64,000 nucleotides of DNA from an uncultured bacterium (GCA_913053845.1 CAJXGD010000003.1:16820-80819); one strand, 5' to 3'. Positions 45,896 through 56,235 are shown, counted from the stretch's first letter. Made by a program: numbers and translations. The notes: generated from the sequence alone by a model not told the origin.

Positions 45896-46553
45896 CGATA
45901 GGTCTTACGAGTTGCATGCGGCCATCTGCAAGTTGCTGAGCCATCCCAAACGGCTGAAAATCCTCGATCTGTTGGCGCAAGGAGAACAGACCGTCGAAGA
46001 ACTGACGCAGGCGCTCCGTCTGCCCAAGGCGAATATCTCCCAGCACTTGGCGCTGCTGCGCCAGGGTAACCTGGTCGTGGCCCGCAAACGAGGAGTCCAC
46101 GTCCTCTACCGGTTGGCCAATCCCAAGATCCTGCAAGCTTTCGGGCTGATGCAAGAGCTGGTCCTCGATCAACTGGCGGCGATGGACGAGCTAGCCCAGG
46201 TGATCCGGGCGGCGCGACGAAGCGATGCGGTGGAGGAGCTGACCCTGGCCGAGTTGGTGGCGCGCGCTCGGGAGGGGGAGGTGCTCCTCTTGGACGTGCG
46301 CTCCCCTGAAGAGTACGAGAAAGGCCACATTCCGGGGGCGCTCTCGCTCCCTCTGGAGGAGATCGACCGACGCTGGAAGGAGCTTCCCCGGGACCAGGAA
46401 TTGGTAGCTTACTGCCGCGGACCTTACTGCATACTGTCGGATCGGGCCATTCAGAAGCTACGAGAGCATGAGATCAAGGTGAGGAAATTGAGCGTCGGGT
46501 ATCCCGAGTGGAAGCAGGCCGGCTTCCCCGTGGAGAAGGAAGGTCTCCCTTAG
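45876..46553 (+). CDS. ArsR-family HTH regulator fused to a rhodanese domain (BigR-like)
   Basis: 'HAAICKLLSHPKRLKILDLLAQGEQTVEEL...ANISQHLALL' ArsR HTH, then 'LLLDVRSPEEYEKGHIPGALSLP...AYCRGPYC' rhodanese with catalytic Cys. RBS GGAAGGAGAAGG before the ATG at 45876. Confidence 0.75.
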   Translation: MSQEQLSDRSYELHAAICKLLSHPKRLKILDLLAQGEQTVEELTQALRLPKANISQHLALLRQGNLVVARKRGVHVLYRLANPKILQAFGLMQELVLDQLAAMDELAQVIRAARRSDAVEELTLAELVARAREGEVLLLDVRSPEEYEKGHIPGALSLPLEEIDRRWKELPRDQELVAYCRGPYCILSDRAIQKLREHEIKVRKLSVGYPEWKQAGFPVEKEGLP

Positions 46554-46577
46554 AAAGTACTATGGAGGTGAGTCAAT

Positions 46578-47156
46578 GTGGCAATAGATCTGATCATCTT
46601 CGTACATATCTTGAGCGTCGTCTTCATGTCGGCTCCGCTGTACAACCTGATCATCGTCAACGAACGGGCACAGTTTGGCCCGATGAGCTACAAGATCGAC
46701 CGCTACTTGGAGAATTTGATCAAAGGAAGTTCCATTCGCTGCTACGTTTACCAGCTCACCGCCCTGGTGACAGGGCTCTTGCTGGTTTACTTATCCGGTT
46801 TGGGGCTCGCCTCCATTGTTACCAATTGGGTGTTAGCGGCGAAGACCGGTCTGCTCCTGCTATTGATGGGGTTGCTTTCTTACGTCCACTTTGGGATACA
46901 GCCCCAGATCGAGAAGTTGTTGGCCCCGGTGAGCGAAGACCCTATTCCTGGAGAGGTTGTGGCGGCGATCAAACCCCTACGGATCCAGAGAAAGCGGCTG
47001 GCAGCAGGATGTCTCTTCCTGGTGGTCACGATCATTATCTTAGGACTTCAGGTCTTCACCCGCTTCAATCCGATCTTGACCTTAGCCCTCATAGTGTCGG
47101 CCGCGCTCTTCTCCTGGCGGGTTTACCGGAAGCCCATTCGGTATGGGTGGGTATAG
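46578..47156 (+). CDS. hypothetical polytopic membrane protein (GTG start), third gene of the DUF2892/ArsR-rhodanese operon
   Basis: 4-5 predicted TM helices. RBS GGAGGTG lies 7 nt before the GTG. No family recognised. Confidence 0.5.
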   Translation: MAIDLIIFVHILSVVFMSAPLYNLIIVNERAQFGPMSYKIDRYLENLIKGSSIRCYVYQLTALVTGLLLVYLSGLGLASIVTNWVLAAKTGLLLLLMGLLSYVHFGIQPQIEKLLAPVSEDPIPGEVVAAIKPLRIQRKRLAAGCLFLVVTIIILGLQVFTRFNPILTLALIVSAALFSWRVYRKPIRYGWV

Positions 47157-47325
47157 CCTGGCAGAATAAGATAAGGATGGGATCCAGCAGATCGAAGCCT
47201 GTCATCTGATGAAAGAGGTGACTATGGTGCTGCTGGCTCAAAGCCGGGAGCTGAGCAGTGTGCTAGAGGAGCGAGCGTATCCGTCTTTGCGACTATCTTA
47301 AGAGCGAACAACTCGGTACTGAGGA

Positions 47326-47595
47326 CTAAAGTGGTTCATCATCAGGCAAGGCTTCGATGAGTTGATCCACCCACTCGCTTAAGGAGGCAGAGTGCTCCTT
47401 CAGATGAGCCAAGGAGCCGAAGAAAGCCGTCTCGAGTTGGTCTCGCCGGGGGCTCTCCGCTTCAGGCATCTGTCTGAGCTGAGCCACCAGCTGGATGAAC
47501 CGCGCGCATTCCTCCACTAATTCGTCAATATAGCGTTCGAGACCCTCATCTCCCATCTGCAGGGTTGCCCCAACGGGCTGGGTTGCCTTGGTCAT
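47326..47595 (-). CDS. hypothetical small acidic protein translationally coupled to tpiA
   Basis: 89-aa ORF. Start overlaps the tpiA stop by 4 bp. Hydrophilic, and not SecG. Confidence 0.4.
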   Translation of the reverse strand: MTKATQPVGATLQMGDEGLERYIDELVEECARFIQLVAQLRQMPEAESPRRDQLETAFFGSLAHLKEHSASLSEWVDQLIEALPDDEPL

Positions 47596-48371
47596 GTTGC
47601 TGTTGCCCGCACGATCTGGGCGAATTCTTGTGGATCGAGCGAGGCCCCGCCCACCAGCGCCCCATCAATGTCGGGCTGCGCCAGGAGAACGGCCGCATTG
47701 CCCGGCTTGACGCTGCCCCCATATTGCACTCGCAACGCCTGGGCCGCTCGCCCGCCGTAGCGCGCGGCGATCTGTCCTCGAATGAAGCGGGCACCCGCCT
47801 GGGCATCCTGCGGCGAGGCCGTCCGACCGGTGCCAATGGCCCAGATCGGCTCATAGGCGATGACCAGCCGCCCGATCTGCTCAGCCGAGAGCCCCTCCAG
47901 ATCGGTGTCGAGCTGACGTGCTAATATCTGCTCCGTCTCACCTGCTTCCCTTTGATCAAGGTTCTCACCCACACACAGGATCGAGATCAGCTCATGAGCG
48001 TAGGCGCTCTGGAGCTTCCGATTGATCAGCGCATCGCCCTCACCAAACTGCGCCCGGCGCTCCGAATGACCTAAAATAACGTACTCGCAGCCCAGCTCGC
48101 AAAGCATCGGGGGAGAAATCTCTCCGGTGTAAGCTCCCTGCTCAGCATAGTGCATGTTCTGTGCAGCCAGCCGGATCTGGCTCCCGCGCAGCGCCTCTTG
48201 CGTGGCCGCCAGCGCCGTAAAGGGTGGGGCGAGCACAATCTCTGTGCTTTTGACGCCTCGAACCAGCGGTCTGAAGCGCTCGACGAAGTTCTGCGCTTGA
48301 GCCAGCGTCTGATGCATCTTCCAGTTGGCGGCGACGATCGGAACCCTCACAAATTCATTGTAGCAGCTCAC
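47592..48371 (-). CDS. tpiA: triose-phosphate isomerase
   Basis: 'VAANWKMH', 'ILGHSERR', 'AYEPIWAIGTG' are the canonical TIM motifs. Confidence 0.9.
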   Translation of the reverse strand: MSCYNEFVRVPIVAANWKMHQTLAQAQNFVERFRPLVRGVKSTEIVLAPPFTALAATQEALRGSQIRLAAQNMHYAEQGAYTGEISPPMLCELGCEYVILGHSERRAQFGEGDALINRKLQSAYAHELISILCVGENLDQREAGETEQILARQLDTDLEGLSAEQIGRLVIAYEPIWAIGTGRTASPQDAQAGARFIRGQIAARYGGRAAQALRVQYGGSVKPGNAAVLLAQPDIDGALVGGASLDPQEFAQIVRATAT

Positions 48372-48486
48372 CCGCTCCTTACCAATTCGGCCTGCAATTT
48401 ACTACGGTTGGTTGACAAACTTCGGCTCGCTGTGTCATGCTTGAAAGAATGAATGTACTTTACCAACAGAACCGAGGAGTGAAACA

Positions 48487-49989
48487 ATGGAGAAATTCGA
48501 TGAGCTCAAGGCACGACTGGCCGAGATCAGCGATCTAGTGCGTGCCGCCGCCGTGCTCGGCTGGGACCAGCAGACCTACATGCCTCCCGGCGGCACGGCC
48601 GCCCGCTCCGAGCAGTTGGCTACCCTGAGCAAGCTGGCCCACCAGCACTTCATCTCCGATGAGATTGGAGACTTATTGGAGGCGTCCGCCCAAGAGACGG
48701 AGGGCATGGACTACGGCTCCGACGAGGCCAGCCTGGTGCGCGTCACCCGGCGCGATTATCAGAAGGCGCGTCGGGTTCCCTCCGAGCTGGTGGCCGAGCT
48801 GGCCCGGGTGACGACCCTGGCGACCGAGACCTGGACCCAGGCACGGGCCCAGGCAAACTTCTCGCTCTTTGCGCCACATCTGGAGCGGATCGTCGCACTG
48901 GAGATCCGGCTAGCCGAAGCGCTGGGATACGACGAGCGGATCTACGATGCCCTGCTCGAGCAGTACGAGCCGGAGATGAAGACGGCCCAAGTTGAGGCAA
49001 TCTTCGCCGAGATCAAACCCCAGCTCGTCCAGTTGGCCCGCGAGATCGCCGAGCACCAGGATCGAGTGGACGACGCGGTGCTGCATCGCTCCTATGACGA
49101 GCAGGCCCAATGGGATTTTGGCGTCGAAATCATCAAATCCTTCGGCTTCGACTTCCAGCGCGGTAGGCAGGACCGCTCGGCACATCCCTTTACCACCGGC
49201 TTCTCGCCGGATGACGTGCGGATCACCACCCGCTTTGAAAGCGATTTTCTCTCTCCGGCGCTCTTCGGCACCTTCCACGAGTGCGGCCATGCGCTCTATG
49301 AGCAGGGGGTCAGCCCGGCGCTGGCCCGCACCCCGCTGGACGGTGGCACCTCGTTGGGGCTTCACGAATCCCAGTCGCGCCTTTGGGAGAACTTGGTCGG
49401 GCGCAGTCGCGGCTTCTGGACTTTTTTCTACCCCCGCTTGCAGGAACGCTTCCCCCGGCAGTTGGCCGATACTGACCTGGAGAGTTTTTATAAGGCCGTC
49501 AACCGGGTCCAACCCTCGCTGATCCGCGTCGAGGCCGATGAGGTGACCTACAATTTGCACATCATGCTGCGTTTTGACCTAGAGAATGCCTTATTGGAAG
49601 GCAAGCTCAGGGTCAAAGAGTTGCCGCAGGCCTGGAACGCCAAGGTGGAGGAATATCTGGGACTGACTCCGCCGGACGACACCCAAGGTGTCCTGCAGGA
49701 CATCCACTGGTCCGGCGGTATGCTGGGCTACTTCCCCACCTACGCGCTGGGCAACCTGATCTCGGTGCAACTCTGGGAGCGCATTCGCCAGGACATCTCT
49801 GATTTGCCGGCTCAGATCGAGTCGGGTCACTTCGAAGCGCTGCGGGCCTGGTTGAGAGAGAAAGTTCACCAGCATGGACGCAAATTCACGCCCGTCGAGC
49901 TGCTCCAACGGGTTAGCGGCAGCGCGCTGCAGGCCGAACCGTACCTGACCTACATCCAGTCGAAGTTTTCCGACATCTATGACTTGTGA
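48487..49989 (+). CDS. M32-family carboxypeptidase (Taq-type thermostable carboxypeptidase)
   Basis: 500 aa with 'HECGHALYEQG' HExxH and other M32 motifs ('HESQSR', 'DIHWS'). Confidence 0.85.
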   Translation: MEKFDELKARLAEISDLVRAAAVLGWDQQTYMPPGGTAARSEQLATLSKLAHQHFISDEIGDLLEASAQETEGMDYGSDEASLVRVTRRDYQKARRVPSELVAELARVTTLATETWTQARAQANFSLFAPHLERIVALEIRLAEALGYDERIYDALLEQYEPEMKTAQVEAIFAEIKPQLVQLAREIAEHQDRVDDAVLHRSYDEQAQWDFGVEIIKSFGFDFQRGRQDRSAHPFTTGFSPDDVRITTRFESDFLSPALFGTFHECGHALYEQGVSPALARTPLDGGTSLGLHESQSRLWENLVGRSRGFWTFFYPRLQERFPRQLADTDLESFYKAVNRVQPSLIRVEADEVTYNLHIMLRFDLENALLEGKLRVKELPQAWNAKVEEYLGLTPPDDTQGVLQDIHWSGGMLGYFPTYALGNLISVQLWERIRQDISDLPAQIESGHFEALRAWLREKVHQHGRKFTPVELLQRVSGSALQAEPYLTYIQSKFSDIYDL

Positions 49990-50070
49990 GCGGAGCCGGG
50001 TGAATTGCGTGCGTCGCCGCGATGGCTCATAATAAACTTGATCATGGCCTAGAGGGGCGCAACTCCAGGA

Positions 50071-50970
50071 ATGCCTAGACCGAAAAGCCGCAGGCAATGG
50101 CTGGCCCAAGGGCTCAGCGTGCTGATCATATTGGTCGGTCTCTTGTCCGAGGACGGCGAGGTGCGTCAAGCGTTTTTGTCCTATATCTCAGGAGGAGGCG
50201 GTGCTGTGGCCACACTGATTATCGTCGTTGCACTGGTCGTGCTTTTCGCGATGAGTGCTGTCCGCGTGGTGCGTGAGTATGAACGAGGGGTGATCTTCCG
50301 GCTGGGGCGGCTGATCGGAGCCAAGGGGCCGGGGCTGTTCTTCCTGATCCCCATCGTGGATAAAATGGTCAAGGTCAGCCTGCGGGTAATCACCATGGAT
50401 ATTCCACCCCAAGAGGTGATCACCAAGGACAACGTGACCTGCCAAGTCAACGCGGTGCTCTTCTTCCGGGTGGTTGATCCCAACAAGGCGGTCAACGAGG
50501 TGGAGAACTTCCTGCTGGCCACCAACCAGATCGCCCAGACCACCCTGCGCTCGGTGTTGGGTCAGGTCGAGCTGGATGAGCTGTTGGCCGAGCGAGAGAA
50601 GCTCAACAAGCAACTGCAAGCGATCATAGACGAGCATACCGATCCCTGGGGGATCAAGGTGCGGGCGGTGGAGATCAAAGACGTGCGGCTGCCGCAAGAT
50701 ATGCAGCGCACCATCGGTCGTCAGGCCGAGGCGGAGCGCGAGCGGCGCTCCAAGGTGATCAACGCCGAGGGCGAGCTGCAAGCGGCCGAAAAGCTGCAGC
50801 AGGCGGCGCTTATCCTGCAGAAGCAACCGGCCGCAATCCAACTACGCTATCTGCAGACGCTGCTGGACATCTCCTCGGACCGCTCTTCGACGATCGTCTT
50901 CCCGCTGCCGATCGACCTGCTCTCCGCTTGGGTAAAGGGCAGCGATCATGAGGCCAAGGCAGCCGATTGA
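50071..50970 (+). CDS. SPFH/band-7 (stomatin-like) membrane protein
   Basis: N-terminal TM, then '[15 protein letters not shown]...[15 protein letters not shown]' stomatin core and a C-terminal coiled coil. No NfeD partner adjacent. Confidence 0.8.
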   Translation: MPRPKSRRQWLAQGLSVLIILVGLLSEDGEVRQAFLSYISGGGGAVATLIIVVALVVLFAMSAVRVVREYERGVIFRLGRLIGAKGPGLFFLIPIVDKMVKVSLRVITMDIPPQEVITKDNVTCQVNAVLFFRVVDPNKAVNEVENFLLATNQIAQTTLRSVLGQVELDELLAEREKLNKQLQAIIDEHTDPWGIKVRAVEIKDVRLPQDMQRTIGRQAEAERERRSKVINAEGELQAAEKLQQAALILQKQPAAIQLRYLQTLLDISSDRSSTIVFPLPIDLLSAWVKGSDHEAKAAD

Positions 50971-52352
50971 TGAGCGAAGCTGAGCCAGCGTATAAGCCCT
51001 ACAAGATCAAGGCGGTAGAGCCGATTCGTCTGCTCCCGCGCGCCGAGCGCGAGCGGGCCATCCACGCGGCCGGCTACAATGTCTTTCGGCTGGCCGCCCA
51101 AGACGTTTATATAGACCTCTTGACCGACTCCGGCACTGGGGCGATGAGCCAGGCGCAGTGGTCGGCGCTGCTCTCCGGGGATGAGTCCTACGCCGGCAGC
51201 CGCAGCTACGCCCGCTTCCGGCAGACGGTGGCGGATATCACCGGCTACACCTACTTCCTACCCACCCATCAGGGGCGGGCAGCGGAGAACATCCTCTTTT
51301 CGACTTTGGTCAAGCCCGGCGACTGGGTGCCCAACAACATGCACTTCGACACCACCCGCGCCCATGTGCTGCACAACGGCGGCCGGCCGCTCGACCTGGT
51401 CATCGAGGCCGCCTATGATCCGGAAGCACAACTGCCCTTCAAGGGCGAGCTAGATATAGCCAAACTGGAGCGTCTGATCGCCGAGCACGGTCCGGAGCGG
51501 ATTCCACTGGTGATGCTGACGCTCACCAACAACAGCGGCGGCGGCCAGCCGGTCTCGCTGAGCAACATCCGCGCCGTCAGCGAGCTGGCCCATCGCTATG
51601 AGATCCCGCTCTTCCTGGATGCGGCGCGCTTCGCGGAGAACGCCTACTTCATCAAGGAGCGCGAGCCGGGCTATGCGGACAAATCCCCTCTGGAGATCGC
51701 GCGCGCCTGCTTTGCCCTGGCCGATGGCTGCACCATGAGCGCCAAGAAGGACGGCATCGTCAATATCGGCGGCTTCCTGGCCATGAACGATCCCCAGCTC
51801 TATCAACGGGCCTCGGAAGCACTGATCCTGATGGAGGGGTTTCCCACCTATGGGGGGCTGGCCGGTCGCGATCTGGACGCCATGGCGGTGGGACTGCGCG
51901 AGGCGCTGGACGAAGCCTATCTGCGCGATCGCATTGGCCAGGTGCGCTATCTGGCCCAAGGGCTCAAGGCCGCCGGGGTGCCGCTCATCGAACCGATCGG
52001 CGGCCATGCGGTCTATATAGATGCCAAGCGTTTTTTCGTCCATCTGCCCCAGAGCGCCTTTCCAGCGCAGGCGCTGGTGGTCGAGCTCTATCTGGAGGGT
52101 GGAGTGCGGGCGGTCGAGGTCGGCTCGGTGATGTTTGCCCATCCCGAAGAAGAGAGTGGCAAGATGGTTTATCCTCGTTTGGAGATGACCCGCCTGGCGC
52201 TGCCCCGGCGGGTCTACACCCGGGAGCATCTGGATGCCGTCATCGCCGCCGGCGCGGCCATTCGGGCGCGCAGTGAGCAGGTGAGCGGCTTCAAGCTGAT
52301 CGAAGGGTCAGGGCCACTGCGCCATTTTACCGCGCGCTTCGAGCCACTATAA
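50967..52352 (+). CDS. tnaA: tryptophanase / tyrosine phenol-lyase family (beta-eliminating lyase, PLP-dependent)
   Basis: 461 aa. '[12 protein letters not shown]' and PLP-lysine region '[15 protein letters not shown]' are typical of TnaA/TPL. Start overlaps the SPFH gene stop. Confidence 0.8.
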   Translation: MMSEAEPAYKPYKIKAVEPIRLLPRAERERAIHAAGYNVFRLAAQDVYIDLLTDSGTGAMSQAQWSALLSGDESYAGSRSYARFRQTVADITGYTYFLPTHQGRAAENILFSTLVKPGDWVPNNMHFDTTRAHVLHNGGRPLDLVIEAAYDPEAQLPFKGELDIAKLERLIAEHGPERIPLVMLTLTNNSGGGQPVSLSNIRAVSELAHRYEIPLFLDAARFAENAYFIKEREPGYADKSPLEIARACFALADGCTMSAKKDGIVNIGGFLAMNDPQLYQRASEALILMEGFPTYGGLAGRDLDAMAVGLREALDEAYLRDRIGQVRYLAQGLKAAGVPLIEPIGGHAVYIDAKRFFVHLPQSAFPAQALVVELYLEGGVRAVEVGSVMFAHPEEESGKMVYPRLEMTRLALPRRVYTREHLDAVIAAGAAIRARSEQVSGFKLIEGSGPLRHFTARFEPL

Positions 52353-52354
52353 AC

Positions 52355-53083
52355 TTAGAGTGGACGCAGATGATAGGCGAGAAAACGCTCGATCATCGTC
52401 TGAGCTTGGGCCACCAGCTGGGCAGGTAACTTCAAGCGCTCCAACTTGTCAAAGGGCAGGAGGAGCGCCATCTGTAATCCCTTGGCCTCGCCCGGCGCCA
52501 GCGGTGTGCCCTGGGGCGGGCGGCCTTGGCACTCGGGGCCGATGACCCCGCCGCGTGCCACCGAGAAGTGGATCGGCCTATTCAGGGGCGCTCCGCAGCC
52601 GGCACAACGGTCCAGCCGCGGGGCTACCCCCAGCACGCGGGCCAGCTTCAGCTTGAAGGCCAGCTCACCGCGCGCCAAGCTGCCGGCCGGGAGCGGCTGA
52701 CCGTCCAAGTAGGCCAATAATTCGGCGCAAAGCTCAAAGCTGGCCCGGTCGCCCCCGCCCTCTGGCAACAGCTTCAGCAGCAGACGTGCGGCGCGAAAGG
52801 CCAGTTGTAAATGCTCATAGTTGCGCTTTAATTTGGGATAGCTCTGGAGCAGATCGGCCTGGCTGAGCAGCTTGAGCTGCCGCCGGTCATAGTAGACCAA
52901 TTCGCTCAGGCTGAGCAGGCCAAGCGCGGCGCTGAAGCGGCTGCGCCCGCCGCGCGCCCCCTTGGCCAAAAAGGAGAGCCGTCCCGCCTCGCGGGTGAGT
53001 GCCGTGACGATCAGGTCGCTCTCCTTTAGCTTGATCGTCTTCAAGATCAGCGCGGTGGCCTTAGCCAACTCAGCCATGATCAA
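52355..53083 (-). CDS. recO: DNA repair protein RecO
   Basis: N-terminal OB fold ('ALILKTIKLKESDLIVTALTREAGRLS') and Cys4 zinc motif ('CAGCG...GPEC'). Confidence 0.8.
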   Translation of the reverse strand: MIMAELAKATALILKTIKLKESDLIVTALTREAGRLSFLAKGARGGRSRFSAALGLLSLSELVYYDRRQLKLLSQADLLQSYPKLKRNYEHLQLAFRAARLLLKLLPEGGGDRASFELCAELLAYLDGQPLPAGSLARGELAFKLKLARVLGVAPRLDRCAGCGAPLNRPIHFSVARGGVIGPECQGRPPQGTPLAPGEAKGLQMALLLPFDKLERLKLPAQLVAQAQTMIERFLAYHLRPL

Positions 53084-53100
53084 ACCCGCCCCGCTCTCTT

Positions 53101-54357
53101 TTAGGAGCGGGCCTTGACTCCCTCCAATATCAGCCGCATTAGTTCACGAAAGATCTCTGGGGGCAGCTCATCCAGATCTTCCCAGACCAACCACTTGAGA
53201 CCGGCAAAGTGGCCCAGGCCCATCAGGCAGTAGGCCAGCGGCTCCGGCTCAGCTCGGCGCAATTGGCCCGCCTCCATCGCCCGGCGCAGCCCCTTGACAT
53301 AGCCGGCGGCGATGCGGCGATAATAACCCTGACCGGCCTCCTCGTCTACAAACTCCGCCTCGCGCACGATGCGATAGGCTGCGCGGTGGCGCCGGATGAA
53401 GTGAAAGAAGCTGTCGAAGCCCGCGCATTCTATCTCGGCGCGCCGGCTCAGTCCGGCGGTGGCCTGGCGGATCTCTCGAATGAGCTTGCGATTGATCTCG
53501 CGGACCAGTTGAGCAAAGATAGCTACTTTGCTGGGGAAATAGAGGTAGAAGGTCCCTTGGGCCACTCCGGCGTTGCGGGTGATCTCTGCCACGGAGGTCG
53601 CGGCAAAACCCCGCTCGCCAAATAGTGATTCGGCGGCGCCGAGCAGGATTTGGCGGGTACCGAGCGGCCGGTTGGTGCTGAGCTTTTCCGGGACGGTGCG
53701 GGGGCGCACCGTCAAGCGTTCCGGCGGCTCGGGCTGAGCGGCCAGCCCCTGGGTGATCAGTCCGATGCTGGTCTGCACCACCGTGCGCCGCAGCGCCTGG
53801 GGTTCCCAGATGAGCCAGCGGGTGGCCAGAAATTCTTGCAGTCCCAGCAGGGCATAGGCCACCGCTTGCGGTTGCTGCACGCGCAGTTCGCCCCGCTTGG
53901 CTCCCTCTGCGAGCACCTGCATATAGCACTCGGCCAGTTGGCGATAGAAGCTTCGCGGCACCTGCATTTGCACGAACTCCGCTTCGCGGAAGAGCTGGTA
54001 GAGGGTGGTGTTCTCCGCGACGCAAGTTAGAAAGGCCTGGTGGGTGGCCAGCAGCTTGGCCAGGGAGCCGGACTGGCCAGAGATGGCACGCTCGCTGGCC
54101 AGAATGAGCCGCCGCTGCAAGATGGCGACCAGTTGGAGAAAGATCCCTTCTTTATCGAGAAAATACTGATAAAAGGTGCCGTTGGCCACCCGTGCGGCGC
54201 GACAGATGGCCGCCACCGAGCTTTGCTGATAGCCGTGGTGGCGGAAGGTCTGCTGGGCACCTTGCAGCAAGCGGCGGTAGGTGGCCCGGCCTTTGCGGGT
54301 GACCGGCGCGCGCTGGGCGAGCCCAGGGGCTGCTGAGTAGAACTGATCGTTCTTCAT
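53101..54357 (-). CDS. tandem-TetR transcriptional regulator (two TetR/AcrR modules fused)
   Basis: Two HTH_TetR signatures: 'FRHHGYQQSSVAAICRAARVANGTFYQYF' and 'FGERGFAATSVAEITRNAGVAQGTFYLYF'. Each is followed by a ligand-binding helical bundle. Confidence 0.75.
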   Translation of the reverse strand: MKNDQFYSAAPGLAQRAPVTRKGRATYRRLLQGAQQTFRHHGYQQSSVAAICRAARVANGTFYQYFLDKEGIFLQLVAILQRRLILASERAISGQSGSLAKLLATHQAFLTCVAENTTLYQLFREAEFVQMQVPRSFYRQLAECYMQVLAEGAKRGELRVQQPQAVAYALLGLQEFLATRWLIWEPQALRRTVVQTSIGLITQGLAAQPEPPERLTVRPRTVPEKLSTNRPLGTRQILLGAAESLFGERGFAATSVAEITRNAGVAQGTFYLYFPSKVAIFAQLVREINRKLIREIRQATAGLSRRAEIECAGFDSFFHFIRRHRAAYRIVREAEFVDEEAGQGYYRRIAAGYVKGLRRAMEAGQLRRAEPEPLAYCLMGLGHFAGLKWLVWEDLDELPPEIFRELMRLILEGVKARS

Positions 54358-54521
54358 GGCGTGCTCCTACCGCGTCACGATAGGGCAAGAGGCTACGCCG
54401 GTCAAGGGAGAGCTTGTCCGGGGTAGGGCGCTCGGGGGGGGGTCCGCTCACTGTAGGTCCCTGCGATTGAAGGCTCAGGCCGGGTGGAGTAGACTACAAC
54501 CAACTCGATCGCTGGGAGGGT

Positions 54522-55181
54522 ATGATGAGCACTCTTAAAGCGCCGCCGGAGTTGAGCTATGAAGAATTCCTCGCCTGGTGCGATGAGGACACCTGGGCCG
54601 AATGGGTCGATGGGGAGGTCGTGATGGTCTCACCTGCATCTAATCGTCATCAGGGCATTGCCGGCTTTTTAGCCAGCATATTAGGCCTCTATGTCCAAGC
54701 GCACGATTCGGGAACCGTGTTGACTGCGCCCTTTCAGATGCGCCTGGCTGAGCTGCGCCGCGGCCGCGAGCCCGACCTGCTCTTCATCGCCAAAGCCCGC
54801 CGGCACCTGCTCAAGAAAACCTATCTGGACGGGCCGGCCGACCTGGTTATTGAAACCATCTCCCCGGAGAGCCGCCTGCGCGATCGCGGGGAGAGGCGGG
54901 CCGAGTACGAGGCCGCCGGGGTGCGCGAGTACTGGTTATTGGACCCGGAGCGCCAGGAGGCCGACTTCCATCATCTGGACAAGCACGGTCGCTATCGACT
55001 GATCGAGCTTGATCCTCTAGGAATCTATCGCTCCCAGGTGTTGCCCGGCTTCTGGCTCAAGCCTGACTGGCTATGGCAGGAACCTCTGCCTGCGGCCCTG
55101 CCGATCTTGGCCGAGATCGCCGGGGTATATCCCCAACTGGCCCAGCAGTTCGAGCGGGCGCTGGGAGGAGCTCGGCGGTGA
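54522..55181 (+). CDS. Uma2-family (DUF820) restriction-endonuclease-like protein
   Basis: 'LSYEEFLAWCDEDTWAEWVDGEVV...PDLLFI...PADLVIETISPES...EYEAAGVREYWLLDP' are the Uma2 PD-(D/E)xK motifs. Confidence 0.8.
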   Translation: MMSTLKAPPELSYEEFLAWCDEDTWAEWVDGEVVMVSPASNRHQGIAGFLASILGLYVQAHDSGTVLTAPFQMRLAELRRGREPDLLFIAKARRHLLKKTYLDGPADLVIETISPESRLRDRGERRAEYEAAGVREYWLLDPERQEADFHHLDKHGRYRLIELDPLGIYRSQVLPGFWLKPDWLWQEPLPAALPILAEIAGVYPQLAQQFERALGGARR

Positions 55182-55242
55182 TGGCTCAGCCGAGTGCAGC
55201 GATGGGCAAGGACTCACAACGAAGCTCCATCCTGACCTTACA

Positions 55243-55986
55243 TTATCCGCCGAAGACCAGCATTATTTGTATGACCGGCATGCCCAGACTGGTCAGTGGT
55301 CCCCCGACGACCGACTGCCCGCCGGAGAGCTGCCAACCGGAGAAGCTGACGCTGAACCAGTAGCCCAGCGTGACCCGCAGCCCGGCGAAATCCAACAGTT
55401 TGTATTCAGCGCTCAAGTAGGGCTGAGCGAAGAGAAACGAGCGCTTGAGCTGCACACTATTGGGGTGTGCCGTCACCTGCGCAAAGTCCCCCGAGACGCT
55501 GCGGAACAGTTGCAGCTCGAACGAGCCACGCCCCAGCAACACTCCTATTGCAGCGGCCAGTTGCCGCTGGGTCCCGATCAGCCTCTCCAAGGTGACTCCG
55601 CCGTAGTCCAAGGAAAAGCGGGCCTTATCGAACTCCGAGCTATTCTCCACCGGCGTTGTCCAACTGGCGCCCACGCCCAGGCCACCCATGCGCAGCGTTG
55701 CGTTGCCGCCGAACCCGCCGCCGCCGCGCAAGAGAAAGACCCCGTTATTCCCCAAATCAGGCCGGAAATGTACGCCCGGCACACTGTGCTCCAGACCGGA
55801 GAGGTCGAGCAGGGCACCGACGAAGAGCGGTCCACCACCTCCCAAGAAGGGCCCGGTGTTGGCCGGACTGCTCAGCTTGACGGAGAAACTCTGCACCCCT
55901 TGAGCCCAACCCACTGTAGCCACTCCCCCCAACAGCGCCAGTATAAGCGCCCCAGTCAAAACCCAACGCCGTAGTTTACCACCCAT
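55243..55986 (-). CDS. hypothetical secreted Gly-rich beta-strand protein
   Basis: Signal peptide 'LTGALILALLGGVATVGWAQG'. Gly-rich with a C-terminal aromatic tail, no recognised family. Confidence 0.5.
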   Translation of the reverse strand: MGGKLRRWVLTGALILALLGGVATVGWAQGVQSFSVKLSSPANTGPFLGGGGPLFVGALLDLSGLEHSVPGVHFRPDLGNNGVFLLRGGGGFGGNATLRMGGLGVGASWTTPVENSSEFDKARFSLDYGGVTLERLIGTQRQLAAAIGVLLGRGSFELQLFRSVSGDFAQVTAHPNSVQLKRSFLFAQPYLSAEYKLLDFAGLRVTLGYWFSVSFSGWQLSGGQSVVGGPLTSLGMPVIQIMLVFGG

Positions 55987-56114
55987 AGCTGTACCTCCTT
56001 ACTCATTTAGTAGTACCTGGCAGTTTAGCACAAGCGCCCTCTCTGAGGGAAATTTGCCTTGGCTGTCATTGCCGGACGTTTGACAATGCCGCGCCGACTG
56101 ATTATGCTGACGCT

Positions 56115-56235
56115 AGAAGCAAAGGGGAGCTCGGATGGACCGGGCTGAGAGGAGACCTAACGGTCTCGACCCTTCGAACCTGATCCGGGTAATGCTGGCG
56201 TAGGGACGAGGGACGACGTACCTTCTCCTCAGCAG
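56115..56235 (+). ncRNA. TPP (thiamine pyrophosphate) riboswitch with RBS-sequestering expression platform
   Basis: 'GGGGAGC...CUGAGA...ACCCUUCGAACCUGAUCCGGGUAAUGCUGGCGUAGGGA' matches the THI-element consensus. Downstream 'CCUUCUCCUC' is complementary to the thiB RBS 'GAGGAGA'. Confidence 0.85.

Noticed and set aside
53249-54025. 258-aa ORF in an alternate frame inside the tandem-TetR gene (and 53650..54030 on the plus strand)
   Set aside because: Arg/Ala/Gly-rich frame-shifted translation. The TetR frame has two clean HTH signatures.
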